From a virus, in IMG/VR virus record IMGVR_UViG_3300045988_167653, positions 1-44,112 of that record: DNA of 44,112 nt; one strand, written 5' to 3'. Positions 1 to 3,927 of this stretch are shown in pieces. The notes beneath the pieces are model-generated. The model made no database searches and was not told the origin of the DNA. It saw nothing but the letters and a program-made list of their open reading frames with translations. The translations under genes and the position numbers were made by a program. How positions within the stretch are numbered: the stretch's first letter is position 1; each line of letters starts with the position of its first letter.

Positions 1-99
1 GTTTTTTTTTGTCGCCGAAAAGCCCGTTCTTAATACGGTTTTTATAATGTTTTTGTTCATTTTTTAGTCCTCCTAAATTGCGCGCCCGTCGCGCGTCCA
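1..99. repeat. Terminal direct repeat, copy 1 (identical to 44014-44112); circular-assembly overlap or terminal redundancy
   Basis: Compared base by base: GTTTTTTTTTGTCGCCGAAAAGCCCG...CGTCGCGCGTCCA occurs at both window ends. It carries the SD and minus-strand start codon (58-60) of the gene annotated at 43777-44073. Confidence 0.95.
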
Positions 100-210
100 G
101 TTGTATTCGCAATAGATAATTGCGCGGTCGTTGCGGTTTCCGCTTTTGTTCCAATAGGCGTAGCCCTTGCCGCTCGATAACTCGCCATATTCGGCAAGTT
201 GTAAGCCCAT
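73..210 (-). CDS. Hypothetical small protein (45 aa from ATG 208-210); true start unclear
   Basis: Hand translation: MGLQLAEYGELSSGKGYAYWNKSGNRNDRAIIYCEYNWTRDGRAI, stop TAG 73-75. There is no SD before this ATG. The frame stays open upstream to TAA 247-249, which directly follows an SD-preceded ATG at 256-258. Confidence 0.45.
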   Translation of the reverse strand: MGLQLAEYGELSSGKGYAYWNKSGNRNDRAIIYCEYNWTRDGRAI

Positions 211-283
211 TTTTTCGGCGTTGCGTTCCGCCGCCTTGTATGTCTTTTATTCTTTCATAATCGTGTTATACTCCTTTATTATT

Positions 284-308
284 ACCGAAAAGGGACGCGC
301 CGCGTCCC
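284..308 (-). terminator. Intrinsic terminator-like hairpin inside the leftward operon
   Basis: GGGACGCG-C-CGCGTCCC palindrome at 292-308, followed on the minus strand by TTTTCGG (284-291). It lies just downstream of the stop at 324-326. Confidence 0.55.
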
Positions 309-323
309 GCTCGGCGTGATTTC

Positions 324-449
324 TTAAAAATATAATTTCAATAACTTGTCGAAAGCGTCAACGTCCAGACCGTCGCGTTCTCTTATAATTGCGGTTGCCA
401 TTTCCTCGGTGTAGTCGTCGGGGTCGTCCTCGTCGGGGATGTCGCGCAC
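324..449 (-). CDS. Hypothetical acidic small protein; start codon uncertain (GTG 447-449 or ATG 399-401)
   Basis: Hand translation: ...VRDIPDEDDPDDYTEEMATAIIRERDGLDVDAFDKLLKLYF, stop TAA 324-326. The same frame is open all the way up to the TGA of the upstream gene (567-569). No canonical SD+ATG is present. Confidence 0.35.
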   Translation of the reverse strand: MRDIPDEDDPDDYTEEMATAIIRERDGLDVDAFDKLLKLYF

Positions 450-521
450 GATTTCGCCGTCGCGTATTTGAAAAATTGTATGTAGTACCCCGACGGGGGA
501 AACGCTCCCACCGTCAGACGC

Positions 522-552
522 TCGCGGCCTAAACCCTATTTTTACCCGCCGC
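522..552. repeat. 31-nt repeat, copy 1 (TCGCGGCCTAAACCCTATTTTTACCCGCCGC)
   Basis: Exact match to 1354-1384. In this copy the ends form a 7-bp inverted repeat, TCGCGGC...GCCGCGA (522-553). It sits 14 nt downstream (minus sense) of the stop of CDS 567-1220. Confidence 0.9.
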
Positions 553-566
553 GACGGGTTGCGCGG

Positions 567-1220
567 TCAGGCGCGCCACCCCAAACCCTCAACCGCGATT
601 TCGTTTAATTCGTGCGCTTTTGCGCTCGCCACATCAAACGCTTTGCGCGTTTCGGCGGTAAGTCGCTCTATTTTGTCAAGATATTTTTCGACATTGTCAA
701 TATATTTATAAGGGGCGACGACTTCCGCGACCGCTTCCGCGTGTAGGGTGTTGTTCTCGTCAACGATTTTCGCGCGGTTTTTCGTCCAGATTTCAAGCCC
801 GCGCCCGTATGCCCCGCGCTCGTTAATGTTGATACAATCTTTTTCTTGCGAAAAATAATGAGTAGCGGGGAAATAGAAGGCATAGCCCCTTGCGCGCATT
901 TCGTCGCGGATTTTTTCCGCGGTTTTCTCGCCGTGTTTTTTGCCGTCGTACTTTTTCAGGATTTCCGCAAGTGCCGTCTTGCCCGTTTCGACAAGTATAT
1001 AATTATAATTATTAGTTAGCACTTTTCCGCGTGCGCTTATACGCTCGGCGGCTTTTTTTAACTTTTCAATTTCAAGCGACGCAAGCCCCGCCGCGTCGCG
1101 GTCGTGTGCCTTGTGCGCGGAAATAAAAGCGGTGTTAGCGTTTTCGCGTTCCGCGTCGTTCGCGCGTTTTGCTTCCTGATTTGCTTCAATTTCCTTTTTG
1201 ATGTCTTGTAATGTTTTCAT
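567..1220 (-). CDS. Hypothetical protein, 217 aa, Lys/Glu/Ala-rich N-terminal helical region
   Basis: ORF track entry. AAAGGAGT SD (1226-1233 region) lies 8 nt before the ATG at 1218-1220. No family recognised. Confidence 0.8.
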   Translation of the reverse strand: MKTLQDIKKEIEANQEAKRANDAERENANTAFISAHKAHDRDAAGLASLEIEKLKKAAERISARGKVLTNNYNYILVETGKTALAEILKKYDGKKHGEKTAEKIRDEMRARGYAFYFPATHYFSQEKDCININERGAYGRGLEIWTKNRAKIVDENNTLHAEAVAEVVAPYKYIDNVEKYLDKIERLTAETRKAFDVASAKAHELNEIAVEGLGWRA

Positions 1221-1353
1221 TTCTCAAACTCCTTTGCCCGCGTTTGTCCGCACGGGCGCGGTTTATAATCTATACAACCCGTATACGGCGTTTTTAACGG
1301 TTTTTTACTCCTTCCCCGCGATTTAGTCTTTCGGACGCCCGCGCCCGTCAAGG

Positions 1354-1384
1354 TCGCGGCCTAAACCCTATTTTTACCCGCCGC
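1354..1384. repeat. 31-nt repeat, copy 2
   Basis: Exact match to 522-552. Here it encodes the last 7 codons (AAGKNRV) and the TAG stop (1361-1363) of CDS 1361-1690. Confidence 0.9.
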
Positions 1385-1690
1385 TTCATTTATTTTTTTA
1401 ATGTTTTTAACATCTGTAAAAAAAACATTTCCGCGATCGTCTTTAATCCCGACGCGGGTTGTCCAGCCCTCCCACGGCGACGCCGAGAAGTGCATGCGCG
1501 CCAAATAAAAAACCTCGCCCGTTGTTCCGTGCGGGACTTTTCTCCCCGCGACAACTTCAACGGTTTTGCCGAAAAATTTAAAATGTTCGTCAATTTCGGT
1601 TGCTGCCTGTAGATTGTCGTTTTGCATAGCAAAAAAATATAATTCTCTGTATTCTTTGTCGGAATAACGTTTATTTTTCAACGCTGCCAT
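1361..1690 (-). CDS. Hypothetical protein, 109 aa (first gene of the leftward operon)
   Basis: ORF track 1361-1723, trimmed to the ATG at 1688-1690 because an AAAGGAGT SD precedes it. No family recognised. Confidence 0.75.
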   Translation of the reverse strand: MAALKNKRYSDKEYRELYFFAMQNDNLQAATEIDEHFKFFGKTVEVVAGRKVPHGTTGEVFYLARMHFSASPWEGWTTRVGIKDDRGNVFFTDVKNIKKINEAAGKNRV

Positions 1691-1729
1691 GTTCGCACTC
1701 CTTTTTGGTTTGTGTTTTTTCATGCCTTA

Positions 1730-1758
1730 ATAATACCACGGTTGTGCGTCGTTGTCAA
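1730..1758 (-). promoter_or_regulatory. Sigma70-type leftward early promoter
   Basis: Minus strand reads TTGACA (1758-1753), a 17-nt spacer ending in GTGG, then TATTAT (1735-1730). It is positioned upstream of CDS 1361-1690. Confidence 0.7.
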
Positions 1759-1779
1759 GTGGTTTTGCCATACCAGTTT

Positions 1780-1851
1780 TGATATAATGCCATATCACTA
1801 TTGATATATATCACTTGTATATTTATACATAATATTGTATATTTATACATA
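1780..1851. promoter_or_regulatory. Operator-like palindromes and direct repeats overlapping a rightward TG-extended -10 element
   Basis: TGaTATAAT at 1780-1788. TGATAT-N6-ATATCA at 1780-1797. Perfect 12-bp palindrome TGATATATATCA at 1802-1813. 17-nt direct repeat TTGTATATTTATACATA at 1815-1831 and 1835-1851. Confidence 0.6.
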
Positions 1852-1919
1852 GGCTATAAAGGGAGTTACAAGGCACGGAACGCGGCGCGGCTGCATTCTC
1901 GCCCGTCTTATTTTTTAAT

Positions 1920-2036
1920 GCCTTAATATATGCCCTTATACGCCCTTATTGTTTCGCACTTACTTATATTATTATATTATGCTTGTTATCTATTATTATT
2001 TTTTTGCAAAAAGTAAGTTATATATGTTTTGTTTAT
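1920..2036. repeat. Iteron-like triplet (GCCTTAAT / GCCCTTAT / GCCCTTAT) followed by a very AT-rich tract; origin-like
   Basis: Repeats start at 1920, 1932 and 1942, with about one helical turn of spacing. 1955-2036 is almost entirely A/T. No credible ORF. Confidence 0.4.
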
Positions 2037-2040
2037 CGCA

Positions 2041-2580
2041 TACGCGCGCGGGGTTCGGTCGGTGGGGTGGTTTTTCTGAAATTGTCGGGGCTTGTCGGGT
2101 GGGTTTTCCGCTTAACGGTCGTTTGCTGGACGGTCGGACGGTTTGCGGGCGCGGCGTGGGCGCGTTTTTCCCGTGCTGGCGTGCGGGGGGTGTACCCCTG
2201 CCATTTTCCGCGCGCGACCACTCCCCGTGCGTTTACCCCCTCATAGTGTACGGCGGTGGTATAGGGGAGAACGAGTGGGTGGGGAGAGTGAGTGCGAGAG
2301 CCGTTGTTTATAGCCTAATACATAATATTTTAGTGCATAAATATATATAATATAAGGGGAGTGGGGCAAGGGTTGATTTTGTGGCAAAAGAAAAAGAGCG
2401 GTGAAGTGTTGGTGTGGGCAACAAATCATCACTCTTTCTCAAACGGGGGAAATAATGACTATGGTGATAGTATAAGCGATTTGGTGCGGAAAGTCAAGGG
2501 AAAGTGCGAAAATGTATAAATATTCAAAAAGTGTGGGGAGCGGTTCTAACTATAATTAGCAAATTTGTGGGAAAAAGTGG
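2041..2580 (+). other. Non-coding GC-rich then G-rich/C-poor block carrying a one-strand GTGG array
   Basis: I counted 13 GTGG on the plus strand (2062, 2067, 2099, 2156, 2256, 2275, 2279, 2361, 2391, 2414, 2533, 2567, 2577) against 1 CCAC (2218). Multiple G3-G6 runs. Track ORFs here have non-protein-like composition. Confidence 0.7.
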
Positions 2581-2610
2581 TTGACAGTTTAGTATTTTCA
2601 GATATATAAT
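2581..2610 (+). promoter_or_regulatory. Sigma70-type promoter (P2) abutted upstream by GTGG-N6-GTGG
   Basis: TTGACA 2581-2586, 18-nt spacer, TATAAT 2605-2610. GTGG at 2567 and 2577 lies directly upstream of the -35. Confidence 0.7.
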
Positions 2611-2616
2611 AAAGAT

Positions 2617-2693
2617 AGACATTGGTTGTATTTTGTCCTCCTGTTATATTTTAATTCGGGAAAGGCGGGTTGTGTGAGAGCAGCCCGCTTTTT
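2617..2693 (+). ncRNA. Candidate ~75-nt small RNA or attenuated leader (promoter to intrinsic terminator)
   Basis: Bounded by P2 and the terminator at 2665-2693. No ORF. Contains GUCCUCCU (2635-2642), an anti-SD-like sequence. Confidence 0.4.
2665..2693 (+). terminator. Intrinsic terminator
   Basis: GCGGGTTG (2665-2672) pairs with CAGCCCGC (2681-2688) around an 8-nt loop, followed by TTTTT (2689-2693). Confidence 0.75.
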
Positions 2694-2754
2694 CCACTTA
2701 TTATTTTAATAAGGATTATCTTTGTAGATATTAAAAGAGAGAAAGGTATATATT

Positions 2755-2919
2755 ATGGAAGAATTTAAGGCGGTCGTCGTAACCGACGAAAAAAAGATAA
2801 AGGAAATCAAAAGAGCGTTGTTATCGAGGGAAAGTTCGATTGCGGATATTAAGCCTGCCGCGCCTGATAAGTTGCCCGAAAATGCACAAAAAATGTGGTT
2901 TGGGAAAGTTGACAAATAA
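2755..2919 (+). CDS. Hypothetical small protein, 54 aa
   Basis: Hand translation: MEEFKAVVVTDEKKIKEIKRALLSRESSIADIKPAAPDKLPENAQKMWFGKVDK, TAA 2917-2919. Purine-rich stretch upstream. Below the ORF-track size cutoff. Confidence 0.5.
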   Translation: MEEFKAVVVTDEKKIKEIKRALLSRESSIADIKPAAPDKLPENAQKMWFGKVDK

Positions 2920-3057
2920 TAGCACATAATGATATTATATTTATAGACAAAAGAATAAATAGTTGAGAGCCGAAATCACCCGACAATCACGGGAGCGTGA
3001 GTACACTCTTGACTTTTGGTAAGTTTCGACACGGATTTTCGCTACCGTAGTTCGGAC

Positions 3058-3116
3058 AAAAAGCCCTTGTAAATTGCTGAAAGGCAGTAAGTTTAAGCAG
3101 GGGCTTTAATTTTTTT
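3058..3116 (+). terminator. Terminator-like long hairpin plus T-run
   Basis: AAAGCCC (3059-3066 region) pairs with GGGCTTT (3101-3107), followed by T7 (3110-3116). The loop is large, so the call is tentative. Confidence 0.4.
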
Positions 3117-3147
3117 GAAATTTTTTCTATTTTTTTAAGAAAATCTC

Positions 3148-3176
3148 TTGACAGCGGTGGTCGAAAGTGGTAACAT
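3148..3176 (+). promoter_or_regulatory. Sigma70-type promoter (P3) with GTGG-N6-GTGG in the spacer
   Basis: TTGACA 3148-3153, 17-nt spacer containing GTGG at 3157 and 3167, then TAACAT 3171-3176. Confidence 0.7.
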
Positions 3177-3206
3177 TTGTTTATCAACAGCAGGAGGTCA
3201 TCAAAA

Positions 3207-3428
3207 ATGACTAATAAAGAAAGGCAAAAGAGCCTTGATAAACAAAAGTGGGTAAACAGCGAAGATTTTGGCTATGATTTAAGCGGTAAACTTTTTTATT
3301 GCGACCATTGCAAGTTTCAAACGGAGCGCAATATGGTGAAAAGTTGTATGGCAAGTCAAAAACAGCGTGAAGAAAAGAGCCTTTGCGCCACGGCTTATAA
3401 CAAAATGGTTAGAGGAGGAAATAAATAA
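3207..3428 (+). CDS. Hypothetical small Cys-containing protein, 73 aa
   Basis: ORF track entry trimmed to the ATG at 3207, which has AGGAGG at 3192-3197. Contains CDHC plus two further Cys. Sits directly upstream of the P4/leader/terL unit. Confidence 0.7.
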   Translation: MTNKERQKSLDKQKWVNSEDFGYDLSGKLFYCDHCKFQTERNMVKSCMASQKQREEKSLCATAYNKMVRGGNK

Positions 3429-3574
3429 TGGATAACCTTTTACAATATTCGGGAATGTTGGAACGCTTTGCTTTCTTGTCGCTGCTCCGTTCGGGCGACA
3501 AAATTGTCGGCGAAACGGTTGATTTTACCGATGAGCAAAAAGAAAGGCTTAAAAATTATTCGGAAAATTTATAA
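3428..3574 (+). CDS. Hypothetical small protein, 48 aa
   Basis: Hand translation: MDNLLQYSGMLERFAFLSLLRSGDKIVGETVDFTDEQKERLKNYSENL. TAATG overlap with the previous gene. TAA 3572-3574. Confidence 0.5.
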   Translation: MDNLLQYSGMLERFAFLSLLRSGDKIVGETVDFTDEQKERLKNYSENL

Positions 3575-3580
3575 AACCCG

Positions 3581-3609
3581 TTGACAAAAGTGGACGTTAG
3601 TGGTAATAT
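3581..3609 (+). promoter_or_regulatory. Sigma70-type promoter (P4), same architecture as P3
   Basis: TTGACA 3581-3586, 17-nt spacer with GTGG at 3590 and 3600, then TAATAT 3604-3609. Confidence 0.75.
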
Positions 3610-3615
3610 CAAAGA

Positions 3616-3927
3616 GTAATCAACGTTTACTCCTGACATAAAAACACATTGGTTACTAATTGCGTAGCGAGGTTTAACCTTGCCGCGACCGCGATTGCCG
3701 ACTTATATGGGTTGGTTATGATAAGGTTATCTCGAAAGTTCCCTTATTATGTAAAAACATACTGTCATATAAGCGGTTAGGGCGATGAACCAACCTAATT
3801 GCCCAACTCCTTTGCCTTGTATCAAATAGTGTTGCTTCGGCATTGTTGTTTGTACATCTATAACTCCTTTATGCGGTTTGGGCGACACCGTACAAAAAGT
3901 CGCCCACTCCTTTGTTTTTTTTGCATT
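3616..3927 (+). ncRNA. ~310-nt structured non-coding leader upstream of terL with four ACTCCT (anti-SD-like) motifs
   Basis: No credible ORF. ACTCCT at 3629, 3806, 3863 and 3906 (the last three as ACTCCTTT). Helices by eye: 3709-3717/3788-3795, 3721-3726/3742-3747, and a TTCG-capped hairpin at 3833-3842. Confidence 0.5.
3880..3922 (+). terminator. Terminator-like hairpin plus T8 tract immediately before terL
   Basis: GGGCGAC (3880-3886) pairs with GTCGCCC (3899-3905), followed by ACTCCTTTG and T8 (3915-3922). Confidence 0.55.

Noticed and set aside
522-1384. CRISPR array
   Set aside because: There are only two copies of the 31-nt repeat, and they are separated by 801 bp containing a normal gene. 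That is not 25-50-nt spacers. No cas genes are present. A solitary-repeat mimic is kept only as a low-probability alternative in the findings.
1949-2350. 133-aa plus-strand ORF (and overlapping 87-aa and 62-aa ORFs) in the G-rich block
   Set aside because: Its composition is not protein-like (runs of Y/I/F, then G/R/V/C). It has no SD. It spans an AT tract followed by a GC tract. It is better explained as non-coding DNA.
2941-3060. tRNA or other classical small RNA gene in the spacer after ORF 2755-2919 (and in 3616-3927)
   Set aside because: I could not build a cloverleaf: there is no 7-bp acceptor stem with GTTCRANYC T-loop or a D-loop consensus. Only short local hairpins are present.
3799-3927. 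N-terminal extension of terL from TTG 3799 (ORF-track start)
   Set aside because: The extension (MPNSFALYQIVLLRHCCLYIYNSFMRFGRHRTKSRPLLCFFCI) is non-protein-like. It runs through the hairpins and T8 tract of the leader. It has anti-SD rather than SD sequences upstream.
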